This document shows, one piece after another, positions 25,457 through 38,812 of a DNA stretch of 64,000 nucleotides; the first letter of the stretch is position 1, and the number at the start of each line of letters is the position of its first letter. Source of the stretch: Callorhinchus milii (taxonomy: Eukaryota); assembly GCF_018977255.1 (NCBI RefSeq), contig NW_024704742.1, positions 80,478,001 through 80,542,000 on the forward strand, in the 5' to 3' direction. The notes below the pieces were generated by a model that was not told where the DNA came from, did no database searches, and saw nothing but the letters and a program-made list of their open reading frames with translations. Made by a program: the position numbers and the translations under genes.

Positions 25457-26867
25457 AAACTTTTGAAATTCCATCTCTCTTTATTGTTCCATCGTTTTAT
25501 GCAAGCAAATATTTTCACAAATCAAGTAACATTTTGGGCCCAATTTTTTCAGAGATATGTTATCCTGGCCAAACCGCCTTTCTCTCTCTCCCTCCCACCC
25601 GCAGAAATAATCTCACAATAGAAGACTTCTGGTGCAAATTTTAAAAAAATTGCTTTTATAAAGCACCCTTCACCCGGAGCATCTCGGAGCACTTACATGG
25701 CTGATGCTTTAGCTAACTATAGTTTTTTTAAAGTACTGAAGACAATCAGTGTCTTCAGAAGATTAAGTGACCAAAAAGCTGGTTCTGCCTTACAACTGAC
25801 ACTTGGCAGTGGGACAAGCAACAAGATTTACAGCACCGATCATTACCTGCAGAAAAGTGCTGAAAGCGAATATTTCTTTTCACTGAATTCTGAAGTTTAG
25901 ATTTATTCTGCTGAACACAAGTGATAGTCAAAGTGTGTATTTGATAGTTAGAAAACAATACTGTATCAGCACTCTTTCTGGCACACTCACATTATATTTA
26001 AAATGTCATACACATTTCATGTTTACTGTGTGGATAATAATGACACATTAATGACTCATTGCTCTCTGGTGAATGCTGCAATCCCCAATTACAGGAAGAT
26101 TTTAATCTTTCTGGTACATTCCATTTAACAAGGCTTTCTGAAGCTGCAACAAACTTTGTCAGACCAGGAACATCTGCACAACTTTGAGCCAACCAACCAC
26201 TTCAAACAGGTAAATGATGAAAGTTTGGTGGCTGGGGATGATAGCTAACATGGCATTATGTGTTGGGCAAGAGGGAAACCTAATGAAACCAGGCAGAACA
26301 AAATTCAGTTTAAAAATACTATTTTTCAATTCATGTGTGAAAATAGGTCATTCTGGGCATTTTAATAGAAGGTCACAGTGCAAGAAAAAAAATGTAAATG
26401 TTGCAAGGTTGGGTTCTGGCCATGGACTTAAATGTTGCTGAATCTTATTCTATTTATTACCAGTTGGAACATTCTTGTTTAAGCGTGGAATCCGTGTTCT
26501 CTGTTCTTCACAAAAATATACAGTGGAAAAGGTTTTGCATTGAAATTCTGGCCAGCTCGGCAAATGCTGATAATCTTAGGATGCTTAATTTATAATCATT
26601 CATTTTAATATGCATTGTATGTATCGAGTGTCAAAGAAAACTATCTGTAAAAATAAACCATAATTCTCCTTAAAATTACACTTATCCACACAAATGGAAC
26701 TGAGCTGCTTAAGAAATCAACATGTTGTCAGTGTGCTAAAGCTGGCAAGCTTATTCAAAACTGCACTCGTGGGTATCTGTGGCAGCTGTTGCTATTGAGA
26801 CTGGAAACAGCATTTAGCTGGTGAAATGAGTTAAAATCACTCGGAGCCGTGCTTAGCTGTGCATTCT

Positions 26868-27560
26868 GGCATGACAGTCAAGGAGAAATGGAGTGTCATC
26901 TGTTCTGACATGCTGATGGTGTGGAAATTACATCAGTAAAACGCTGAAAGAACAATTTGTTCCTGGTGGAAAATATAGATTTGGATATTTGTTCAACTAT
27001 TCCATGTTACATGGCCATGTTGGAACGAATTCCCTCAATTTAGAAAGCACAGACCTTTGAATCTCTTGTGTCCTAAAGCAGTAACTGAGCAGGTACATTT
27101 TATTTTTAGAGTAGGCATTGAGACTAGAATTTTTAGCTTCCTCCAGCAGAGGTTGTCAATTTGTAAATATTCTGACCTTGACTTGAAACGCCTGTCAATT
27201 GAAACCCTCACTAATTCTCTTTTGCAAAACGCTCATTCGATAATTTAAAAAATGTAACTGCTGATAAATAATCAAAAATAGCACGTCTTTGAGATGTCTC
27301 ACAGCACTTCACAGAATATATTGTAAAGTAGATTGACTGTATATTTGTAGGCGAAATATGATACATTTATATATATATCATAAATATGTATTAATATCCC
27401 TATATTTGATATAGCACCTTTCACATCAGGAGGATGTCTCATAGCACATATAATTTTTTACTGTCAAGTGTAGTATCTATGTTTTTTTTGTAAGTCAACA
27501 TGGCAGCCATGTCTCACAAACAGCCATGGAGGGAATGACCAATTTTGTTTGAGAGATTGC
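26868..27560 (+). repeat. Local duplication, copy B (partial third copy at about 27720-27786)
   Basis: Co-linear similarity to 23895 onward. Confidence 0.85.
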
Positions 27561-27864
27561 TTGCATATCTAAATAAATATATAGTCTATCTGATACATAA
27601 TAAGGATTATTATTGTTAATAATAATGGAAAAACAAGATAGCTTATACACCAGGCTACATTCTGCACTAGTGATTCCCTCTTGCAGTTTATAATATTAAC
27701 AGATTTTTGATTCAGTTTGCCTCAATTTAAAAAGCAGACCTTTGAATCTCTTGTGTACTAAAGAGGTACTGAACAGGTACCTTGTCATTCATGCTAGCCA
27801 TCACGCTCTGCTTTTAAATATGTGAGTACCTATTGTGCTTTACCACACATATTGCATATTAAAA

Positions 27865-28216
27865 TAACAACAACAAGATTACATTTGTATAGCGCCGTTC
27901 ACATCGGGAGGATGTCCCAAGGCGCTGGACAGAGTACAGCATTTCAGACCCAAGCTGGGTTGTGGGGGTAAGGGAGGGGAAGGGGGTGGCTGATGGCATG
28001 TTCGAAGAGGAGGGTCTTGAGGCGGCACTTGAAGGAGGCTAAGGAGGGGGCGAGGCAGAGTGACTGAGGGTTGGAATTCCAGAGGTTGGGGGCAGAGTAG
28101 CTGAAGGCTCTCCTGCAAATGGTGGGGCGGGTGGGTCGTGGGACATGGAGCAGACCAGAGGCGGCTGAACGGAGGGAACAGGCGGTTTGGTAGGGGATTA
28201 GGTGGTCGCAGAGGTA
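27865..28216 (-). mobile_element. L2 3' fragment
   Basis: RAFSYSAPNLWNS...LASFKCRLKTLLF; tail matches the 5540 copy. Confidence 0.9.
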
Positions 28217-30845
28217 GTGCTGTGTCAATGAAGCACTGTGTTGTTGGAGGTGTCTACCTTTGGATGAGACATTATGAAACACTGTCAGCTTATTCGGATA
28301 TTTGTTAAAGATCCCCTGCATTCAAGATTGAAGAGAAGGTGGTTTTCCCAATGTCCCGGCCAACAACCCCTTAGTTAAAATTGGTCACTCACTTCATGGC
28401 AGTGCGTAAATTGTTTGCTGTGTAATCCTACAAATATACATTTTAAAGTACCATTTTCTGAAGCGCTTTAAGACATCTCGCTGATGTGATAAGACAGAAG
28501 GCTTGAAGCAGAGAGTTCCAGAGTTTCAGAAGTGGTGGAGTCGAAGAGAAAAGAGTTGCGTAAAAGGCTGGAACCATCTGAGCAAAGGAGGGGGATAGTT
28601 CTGTTGTCAATCGGTGTGTTCGGAGTTCAGAGAAGTAAGGAGGTGCTAGGTGCTAAGAGAAGGCCTAAGACAGTGCCCATTTCTACGACTTCTTTGATGA
28701 TAAAGCCAACCCGTTTTAACCCATAGTAATTTGACTTTGTGCTTCTACCTCTTTGCTGTTGTCCTGTCATCATATTTTAACACCAACTTCAACGTAGTGG
28801 AACTGCAGCAATTCTAAAGCCATGTAAGCTAACTTAGTTATCAATAAGTGCATAGGTTCTTCTTCCTCCCATTGATTTTTATTAAACGTGATATTTTTAA
28901 AATGGGTAAATCATTTAGAAGCCCTGTGTGTTTCCTTCTGTCACTGGTGCAAGCATTTCTCCAACAATTATGGACACTGTGGGACACTGTTGCCTACAAC
29001 TGACTGCCACGTTTCACCCACAAATATACAGTCAATTCACTTTAGAGTATATTCTGTGAAGCGCTTTGAGACATCTAGCAGACGTGATAAGGATTATTAT
29101 AATTAGAACCTAATTGCAGCACATCACTGCAGTGTTTGCAGATGCATGAATCATGCAAAGGAGATCCAGCTGGGAAACAAACTCCAAAAAATAATTGCTG
29201 CTTTTTTAACCACCCATCGTGTATACATGGCAGCAATGCTGCCCCAATAATGAATCTGATCTTCCAATGACTTTAGTTATAAACTGCAGCAGCTACCTCA
29301 TGTTAAAAACACCTCAACTCATTTCTGGCTTTCTCCATGATTCAAAAAAAATACTAATCTTTTCATTTAGTGTAAGGCCTTCATGTCAGGAGGATATCTC
29401 AAAATGCTTCACAGGATACACTGTGAAGTGTGGCAACTCTATATGTGTGGGAAAATGTTGCAGCCAATTTGCATACAGCAATGTCCCACAAACAGCCATA
29501 AAGTGAACAACTAATTTTTATTTGGGGATTATTGGCCAGGATACCGAGAGAAGCTCCCCTTTCTTTTTGATTAGGGCTATGGGATGTTTAATGTCCACCT
29601 GATCAGGCAGACAGAACCTTGGTTTAACATCACATCAGAAGATGCTAATTCTATTGATAGAAAAAAGAATATAAATTTTAACTCTAAATCGTATACATTG
29701 GGAGAATGGTAAAACTGAGCTTGTTTGAAGCTTGACAGAATATTGACATTTAATAGGAAATCGGAGCTAATATGGTGTAGACATGAAGCTGAATTTATAT
29801 GAAGTTTTATTGATGGTACGGAAAGGCTGAAAGAAACTGTGAAATACTGTGAGTGAGTTTCAATCACTCCAATACAAAGAAGTTCTCCAGCTTTTTGTAA
29901 ATCAGTTTGCAGTTCGAAATGTAAACTCTTTTCAGAAAACTTGATCTGTGTGACAGGTAATTTTTATCTGTTTGAAAAGCGCCTTAAAATGTGAGCTGCT
30001 GGATTATCTCCTTGAAAGATACCATTCATTCGGCAAGACCAATAAATGCAAACACAAAGCAGCAATTTCTTTTTTAAAAAAAATTTAATTATGTCGAGGA
30101 GTTAATTAACTCTTCGTCCATCTGCTGTGGTGTTGATGGAAACGGTGGCATGTTGACATATGACAAATATTGCTGAGGGAAAATTCGGAGGGGAGCACTC
30201 AAAATGAATGGGCACAACATTACGATATTCCCATATATTTTACAGTCATATCATGGCAAGCAGAGTTTTAAGATTAACAGTTTAAATCCAGTAAACTGGC
30301 CTTTTTACATCCCCATCAGCATTTGCTTTGTCTGATAAGCAGTGTTTTTTTAACACTCAGCATTTTCTTGTTTTTATGACATGAGGACATACGAGGCTTG
30401 TTTATATGTAAATTTAAATTCATATTCTGAGCAAATTGACACCACCTGCCAGTGCAAGAATTTGAATTCACGCAGTGCTATTTATTGAAACTGACTCAAA
30501 GGCTTATCAATGGGAGACATGGTCACTGAACAACACTTGATTTGAATTTCCAGGTTACTAGAGACACGGTTTTAGAAGGTATTTGAAAGAGGTAATTAAG
30601 CAAGCCGATTTAGAAAGAGAGCTTCAATGCGGACAAGAACAGCTTCTGAATATGAAGTAGCGGGGCCTCACATAGCTTGGGTGCTATCTTATGGGCTTCG
30701 GGGTCGGGTTCCCAGTCAGTTGTGTGATGCGAATGGCAAATTGTTATGGTTTACACCAGCACTAAACCTTTTTTTCCACTTCAAGGCCAGTTATGGGGAA
30801 TAATAATAATAATCATCCTTGCATTTGATCTAGCACCTTATCGAG

Positions 30846-31654
30846 AACAACAACAACTTGCACTTATATAGTACCCTCCATGCAGGGTAGCATCTCAGAG
30901 CACTTAACAGAGTGGAGCCTGACTCTGAGCGGGGCGGCAGTGACTGTAAGCACGGTCGAAAAAGAAAGTTTTCAGGTGGGACTTGGAAAAGGGGAGAGAT
31001 GGGGCAAGGAGGGATTGAAGGAATGTGTTCCAGAGTTTCGGGGCATAGTGGCTAAATGCGCAACCTCCAATGGTGGAGGGGAGGGTGCAAGGGACGAGCA
31101 GGAGACCGGTGCCAATAGAGCAGAGGCGCCGAGTGGTGGATTGGGGAGTCAGGAGGTTGGAGAGGTAGGGAGGTGCCAGGGAGCGAAGGGATTTGAACAT
31201 GAGTGCGGGGAACTTGAAGTTGATCCGATCGGTGATGGGGAGCCAGTGGAGCCTGGCCAGAACTGGTGAGATGGGGGTATGGAGTTGTCTGGGTAAGTAT
31301 GCTGGCAGCAGAGTTCTGAATGAGTGGGATTTTTTGAATAGTGGAGCTGGGGAGACCAGCGAGGAGTACGTTTGAGTAATCCAGATGGGAGCTGACAAAT
31401 GCACAAGAGTTTCGGCTGCATTTGGGGTAAGGTATGGTCGAAGGCGGGTAATGTGGTGGAGGTGGAGGAAGGCAGTCCTGGTCAGGGACTGCATGTGGAG
31501 AAGGAAAGACAGCTGGGGGTCCAACCAGACACCGAGATTGCGCATTAGTTCAGTGAGTCTGAGGGAGAAGCTGGGGAAGTTTAGGAGTTCAGATCTATAG
31601 AAGTGAAGACGTTGACAGGAGCCAAGGAATATGGCTTCTGCCTTGTCCACATTC
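30846..31654 (-). mobile_element. L2 3' fragment of a second subfamily
   Basis: NVDKAEAI, RNLGVWLD and LHWLPITDRINFK motifs; distinct tail CTTGCACTTATATAGTACCCTCCATGCAGGGTAGCATCTCAGAGCACTT. Confidence 0.9.
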
Positions 31655-31780
31655 AGAGAGTGAGAAATAGACTGAGTGAGAAAGACTGAGAGAGAGACAG
31701 AGAGAGAAAGAGACTGGGGGAGAGAGAGAGAGAAACTGAGAGAGAAACTGTGATAGTGAGAGACTGAGAGAGAGAGAGGC

Positions 31781-31813
<33 letters not shown>

Positions 31814-31965
31814 AGGAGAGAGACTGAGAGAGGGAGACTAAGAGAAAGAGAGACTAAGAGAGACTGAGAGAGAGAGAGACTGAGAGATAGAGACAGAGAG
31901 AGGGAAACAGAGAGACTGAGAAAGAGAGAGAGAGAGATGGACAGACTGAGAGTGACTGTGAGAGA
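31655..31965. repeat. Imperfect (GA)n / GAGACT microsatellite
   Basis: Direct inspection. Confidence 0.95.
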
Positions 31966-33392
31966 AAATATATTAAAGGAATTCTCCCATAGAAGCCTTC
32001 CCAAAAGGAGTCCTCCCACAGAAATCCTCCCAGCTGAGTATAGATAAATATGAAATGTTGGTCTGTGTGTCTGTCTGTGTGTCAATCTACATTCCATATT
32101 AGATCTTTTGGTTGCAAGCGAAGCTGCAACGGGTACAGCGAGTTTTCAATAAAATGCTTATTTGTGGAATCTCCACCCAATTCCTACAAGGTTTTTTTTC
32201 CATCACGTGACCTAGCCATTCAAAGAAGTAAAGTGACATCTGATAAAAATACCAAGAAATAACATGGTTCAGTTATAAGATCAAAGGCCAGCATATCAAA
32301 CACTTGAAAGTCAAAGGTTCAGCCTGATTTTACTCTTCCTTAATACAACCCTTGAACATTACAGTAATTTCTCATGGTAAAGAAAGACAAATTCACTGAA
32401 GACTACTCCATACCGTATCATTTTGAATCAGGATTTTTGGCAAAAATGAATGTGTTGACTTATTTTATAATTTGATAGCAATGCAGTATAGTATTTTCTT
32501 TTCTCCCATACTGTCAAAAGAAATTAGACTGAGGATTAATTGAGTCACACAGGGGTGTCTCACAGACCACTGGCTAGAGTCCAATGTTTTTTCCACTCTT
32601 TGTTTTGTCAGTGTTATATTCTAACGAATGCAGTGGGTAGACCACATCTAGTATAGCATACTAGTATAGTAAGTGAGTACCAGTGAACACGTACTAGTGT
32701 AGCAAGTAAGTACTAGTAAACACATAATAGTGCAGCAAGCAAGGAACGTGCCCGAGACTCAAATGCAGAATCTGATAGAGTATTTAATAAAAGTGTGGCT
32801 ATTTCCTGTTCCGTGTATCTTATGTTGAATTGTAATACGCTGGACATTGGTGACCTCAAAATGCACGTTAGTAGGAAGAGTTCCAGACCACTGGACGGCA
32901 CAGGTCACTTTCATGTGACCAAATGTTCATTCTGCAAGGAGAAGGTGATTGATCTTTTATTGAAGAAAGAAGGTAAATTCTGATCATCGCCAGGCAGCCA
33001 TGTCCATAAAGTTTCCAACAAGAGCCACCAGATAGAAAGGAGGAGGGGTTGCCAGGTTGTGTTTCCTATCCTATGAATACTGCCGCCAATTGTAGCTATT
33101 CTACTGTGCCCAGTTAACATTAACTAAAGTATTGTAGAACACGTCAAAAGAAGGAACTTGGCACCTTTCTGATCTGTGAAGCTCATCCACCACGATATGA
33201 GATATCAGGGAACCTCAACTCTTCCCTATCTAAAATATGTTTTAGAATTACTAGCAAATCTTTTTTACAATTAACCATTGCAAACACAAATAAACACAAG
33301 TAGAAAAACAGAAGTTGCTGGGAACACGGAGCCTGAGACAATTGCTGAGAAAAGAGATGTGGCTGTGAAACTGAAAGGTTATGATGCACCCT

Positions 33393-33786
33393 CAAAGCCC
33401 TGCATGGTCTTGCTTCCCCCTACCTCTATGACTTCCTAACCCCATATCAGCCTGTCTGCTCCTTCCAGACACTGAACTGCTCCAGATCTCCCGCACTTCC
33501 TGCTCCACCATTGGCGGTCGGGCATTTAGCATCTCTGCCCCCACACTCTGAAATTCTATCCCACAATGCCTCTGCCTCATTCCCTCTCTTGCCTCCTTCA
33601 AGTCCCGTTTAAAGACCTTCCTCTTTGACCATACTTTCGGCCAACCTCCGACCCCCACCACCCTACCCTCCACCCTTCCTGACCCCATCTCCCATCTTAG
33701 GTCCAAAATTCCTGATTGTGCAGCGCCCTGAGACATCTTTCTGATGTGAAGTGCACTATGCAAGTGTCATTTATTGTATTTGTTGT
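33393..33786 (+). mobile_element. L2 3' fragment
   Basis: CAAAGCCCTGCATGG...GCCTCCTTCAAGTCCCG...tail. Confidence 0.85.
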
Positions 33787-34687
33787 ATGTTTGGCTGATT
33801 TTGTGTTGATTCAAATAAGTGTTTGTTCAAATGACTCAAACATTTGAAAAAAAGTATTCTTTTAAAGTTTCTGACTGTATGTCAGGATTCAATAATCATT
33901 TTCATTGAAACTCTGTGAATCTATTTGTTCAACAAATTACTAGCAAATTACAGAGTGCATGAGCAAATTTACAGTCAAATTGGTTTAATCTGAACCACCT
34001 TCAATCCCCAGGCAAGCGGTAATTGCAATCATTGAGTTCCCTCACCATTTATTTTGTCTGAGAAAATAAATTGATTCAAACTAATAACATTTTTGTTCAA
34101 TATTCCAGTCATTTGATCTGATATATTTTTTGTATTGGATTGGGTGGATTTTATCCCCACATTTTTGAGCATTTATAATGAATATTCGTAATGTTATATT
34201 TAACCATGATGTGATCCCAGATGTTTGTACTTTATTGTCATAAATTTGCAAAGCCCTGCTCAATTAAATTTGATGGATGCTTACTCGGAATGCAATGCAA
34301 AGTTTCATAAATATTTAATAGTTTACAGCAACTTTTGGCCAAAAAGTTTGATCATAACAGTCCCTTAATGTGCAATAGTCCTCAGGTTCCCTTAAGAAAC
34401 ACTGAAAGTAGAAGGACTTGTTATGGCAGAGTGACATTTATTGGGTAATTTAGGTTGATGCATCCCTTGTTAAAAGCTGGCATAAGGCCTGCTGTGCTCA
34501 CATTGGCCTGATGGCATATTCACGATGTTGATGTATTCCCATGACACAATTGGCCAAAGCATATTACAGCAGGTGGTTTCTCTTTACCTTAAAGAAATTA
34601 ACATTCTCCAATTGTTCCAGTAGATGCTTTCTGAGTACAGTTGAAGACCACTCAGGGTACACCAGCTCTGGGCTACCATTGCTTTCC

Positions 34688-34918
34688 ACTGTACAATACA
34701 ATACAAAATTACAAGGATGAGAACCTGAGCGGGGGGGTGGGTTGGTATCAGGGAGGGTGGAAGGCAGAGAGGATAGGAGGGTGGCCAAAGACACGGTCAA
34801 ATTTGAGGATCTTGAGGCATGCCTTGAAGGAGGCAAGGGAGGGAGCGAGGCAAAGGGAATGTAGGATGGAGTTACAGAGGATGGAGCAGCGAGGCTGAAG
34901 GCCCGACCGCGATGGCAA
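34688..34918 (-). mobile_element. L2 3' fragment
   Basis: LAPSLASFKACLK motif; adjoins a SINE tail. Confidence 0.8.
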
Positions 34919-34927
34919 TGTGGTAGT

Positions 34928-35287
34928 AATAATAATCCTTGCATTTGATATAGTCTTTATCACGTCGTTAAAACGTCTAAAGCGCTTCACAGAATATACT
35001 GTAAAGTGAATTGACTATACTTTATGGGTGAAAAACGGCTGCCAAATGTTCACAGCAGTGTCCCACAAACAGTCATGGATTGAATCAGCACATTTTTAAA
35101 AAATTAATGGATTATTACACCTGGAAAAGTGACCCGTCATCAATTAACAACCGGGTTCCTACTTACTTCTAGGTAAACAGGCATGTGGAGTAAGGAAACT
35201 AGCCCAAGATTTCACCCTGCTCGAGAATCAAAACCAGGTCCTCTCGCTTGCGAGGCAAGTACTCTAACAAAATAGCTACAGGACTCC
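34928..35287 (-). mobile_element. tRNA-derived SINE, long form
   Basis: Reverse complement of head, internal segment, body and tail. Confidence 0.9.
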
Positions 35288-37101
35288 ACAGTACTGCACA
35301 TTACAGAACCATCAGCTTTGTGGTACCATCATACTCTGCTGTAAGAATTGCAGAACACAGACACATCTTCGCTGTGTTATCATCATGCTTGACTGCAAGG
35401 ATTGCAGAACACAGAACCACCAGCTCTGGATAAAGACACAGAACAACTCTCATGAGTCTCACTATAGTGCTGTCCACTCAGTGACAGTAGAGGTTCCTTT
35501 GTGTCATTCCCCTGTCCTTCATCGATCTATTAAACCCCTAACCCACACTGTGACCAAAAGAAAAGAGGGAGCAATTCAGCTGAGAGAACACAACAAAACC
35601 CCAAAAGAAACACTTGCAAAAATAAGATCTCTGACTAATAGTGTTCTCACACCTTTAATAAATCAGCAAAGTGTCAATCTGGGAAGGGATAGAGTTTATA
35701 GAGCTATGTAAGATGCTAAATAGGGTAGCGGTCGTAAACACATAACAATACTTTGAAATACATAAAGGCAACAGGACAAGAAGGTATAGTTTCAGGGTTC
35801 TGAATGTCAATTTCAGTATAGGAATTATCAGGAAGTATTTCTTTAAATAATAATAATAATCCTTGCATTTGATATAGTGGCTTAGCATACCTTGTAGATG
35901 TCTCAAAGCACTTCACAGAATATACTGTAAAGTGAATTGGCTGTATGTTTTGTGGGCAAAACGCGGCAGCCAAATGGCACAACAGTGTCCCACAAACAGT
36001 CTTGGATTAAGAGTAATTAATATTTAATTAATATATAGAGAGTAATTAACAGCCAGAATACGTTATCAGTGGTTGAAGCTGGTCCTAATTTAAGAAACAA
36101 CTTTGTTGCTGTAAATTATAAAATAATCATAATAATCAATCAAAGAACTTGTATTTGATACAGAATCTTTCACATGGGGAATATTTCAAAACATTTCACA
36201 TGATTCACTGTAAAGTGCATTGACTGTATTATGTAGGGGAACACAGCATTTGATTTGCACACAACAATGTCTCCTAAACAGCCATGAGGTGTATGGTGAT
36301 AGGGTGATATAAGACAATCTACCACCAAACTGTGAAGCATATTGTGTGTCCATATTTGATAAGGGTGGGGAGAGAAAGAGGTTTGTTGTTCTTGAAGGAT
36401 TCTTATTCCTTGACGGCAGGTGGCACATCACAGGTGGTACAACATAGGGTGAGTGGCAGATGGCTCACACAGCAATGTTTGATGTGATGTTTTCAATAAA
36501 AATACTCACAAATTAATCTCTGTCAAATACCTCTTACTTCCCACTGCCTGTCTAGTTCCATAGGCTCCAGTCTTTCCTCCCACTGCTCCGCATGACCACA
36601 CAATTGTAACTTCATCAATATTGAAATGAACCTTTCTCTCACTCTCAGTGTTTCACAGCATGCAGCACAGAGTGATGATGCTTCCATTAGAAGCTCACAC
36701 TGTGCAGAATTTCAAAATCTACCAACAATTCAGGATTCACAACTATTCAGCCACTGTGTGCCAAGCTGAGTACAGAAATGTAAGAATTTGCTGTGAAACA
36801 TTATCTGAAAATAGAATATTGTGCAGCATTTTAGAAAATGTTTTAATTGCACGGTTTGCTACAAGACTATGCAAAATTTCAGTCCTTTGGAATTTAGAGT
36901 GGTCACTTGTGAGCAGGGAGTCAGACACATCCATCTGGGGTAGTTACCAGCCAAGACATAGGCAGGGTAGGGAATGCGGCAGGCCAGACAGAGAAGCCTC
37001 TTGTCTAGAAAATCTGTGGCTCAGCAGATTGAAACTCTAGTTGGACTGTAATTACTTTTACCCCAGTTTGGCTACTCAAAACCGACTAGTGTTAGGAAGA
37101 A

Positions 37102-37692
37102 GAACAACAAAAAATTACATTTATAGAGCGCCTTTCATGTTGGGAGGATGTCCCAAAGCTCTGTACAGTCAGATGTCAGGGCCCGAGCATGGGCAGGGGT
37201 TGTGTAGGGGTGAGGGAAGGCAGAGAGGTGGGAGAGAGACCAAAGGCATGGTCGAAGAGAAGAGTCTTGAGACCGGCCTTGAAGGAGGCAAGGGAGGAAG
37301 CGAGGCGAGAGGACCGTGGGATGGAGTTCTAGAGTATGGGGGCAGTGAGGCTGAAAGTCCGGCCACTGATGGTAGGGTGGGTCGGGCGGGAGACATGGAG
37401 CAGGCCGGAGCCTGATGAACGGAGGGAGCGGGCAGGTTGGTAGGGAGTCAGCATGTCAGAGAGGTAGGAGGGGGCAAGGCCATGGATGGCCTTAAAGGTG
37501 AGGACGAAGATCTTGAACTTGATCCTCTGGGGGATGGGGAACCAGTAGAGTCGGGTGAGGGTGGGAGTGATGGGGTCACGGAGCCTGGGGCATGAGAGTA
37601 CACGAGCTGCAGAGTTTTGGATGATCTGCAGCTTGTGAAGGGAAGAGTTGGGAAGGCCGATGAGGAGGGAGTTCCTGTAGTCAAGCCTTGAA
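37102..37692 (-). mobile_element. L2 3' fragment
   Basis: SRLDYRNSLLIGLP...QRIKFKI; highly similar to the 16276 copy. Confidence 0.93.
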
Positions 37693-37744
37693 TAGCCTAC
37701 TTCCCAGTGAAGATGTAGACTATTTTCTGGGGAATACAACTATG

Positions 37745-38172
37745 TGTGTCAGTGTAAATTGGCAATATTCTTGCCTTTGGATCAGAAGGTTGTGGGTTAA
37801 AACACCATGTCAATACTTTCAGTTGACAGTCCAGGATAAGGTTCCGGTAGAGTGTACAGGAAAATGAAATTGTTAGGGGTTTCATTCTTTATCTAGGATA
37901 TTAAACTAAGATCCTGCCTCCAGTTTCAGATGGATGCTAAAGATCCCATGGCACTACTGGAAAAGTGAAGGAAGGTGGCTGGATCAATAAGATCCAGATA
38001 ATTTGATCATTCGCTTCATACCTATTAGTGGAATTACGCTTGCAATGTACAATGTACAAATTGACTACATGTTTGCCTTCAAATATGCAATCACTGATAA
38101 CATTTCCAAGTGAAGTGTTTTGAGATGCATTGATGTTGCAGATGCTATATCAAATTCAAGTACAGTATTATT
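37745..38172 (+). mobile_element. Old Deu-type SINE
   Basis: TCAGAAGGTTGTGGGTT head, AAAGATCCCATGGCACTA body, decayed tail. Confidence 0.75.
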
Positions 38173-38812
38173 ATTAAGAGTATTTGAGTGCTGGTTTGCA
38201 TGATAGTGTGCATTGCATTTGCAGTCACCATTGACAGTGTTGACAACCAAACAGCATTCAAATATTTGTACTGCTTCCTTCTGCGATACAATCTTAGCTC
38301 AGCAAACACTGCCAATCAACAGAGTGTGTGATAGTATTAGATCCTTTGACATTGTGAGAAGGGCATGAGCAGATTGTAGAGAAGAAAGCAATAAGCTGGA
38401 CACAAGAATGGCTCATATATTCTGAATCCAGAATCTTTCTAGCCACAAAAATTCTGCAGCATTCTCTGCAATTTTGCTTAAAGAATAACAAAGAGTTGTG
38501 GAATGCTCCAACCACTCTTATTGTTATTCACCTTGAGCATGAAGCCAAACTCAAGCTTCCCGTCAAGTCTTAAAATGGAACAGATTTGTGCTACTAATTA
38601 TTAGATCAAACACTTATTTGTCAGATCTCTTGCTGGTTTACCAGGCATTTTCAGTGAGCGTGGGATGGTAAGTGGGGTCTCTTTGGAGCTGAGCTATCTC
38701 CAAGATGATATGCTTGCCAACTGAATCAAGTCATTCCTCAGCAGTGGATTCAGTAATCAGGCTCCTCAACCAGATGGATCTGCAATGCTCAAGGACTCTG
38801 CTATTAACAGAT

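Noticed and set aside
30904..32097. 397-aa ORF, the longest in the window
   Set aside because: Stop-free (TC)n microsatellite fused by chance to a decayed L2 ORF2 fragment
33120..33220. SHIVVDELH on the minus strand, resembling a DExH helicase motif II
   Set aside because: In-frame stop a few codons upstream, no other helicase motifs, no suitable splice sites
36648..37040. 130-aa ORF after a pyrimidine tract
   Set aside because: No recognisable domain, no convincing donor; length is compatible with chance
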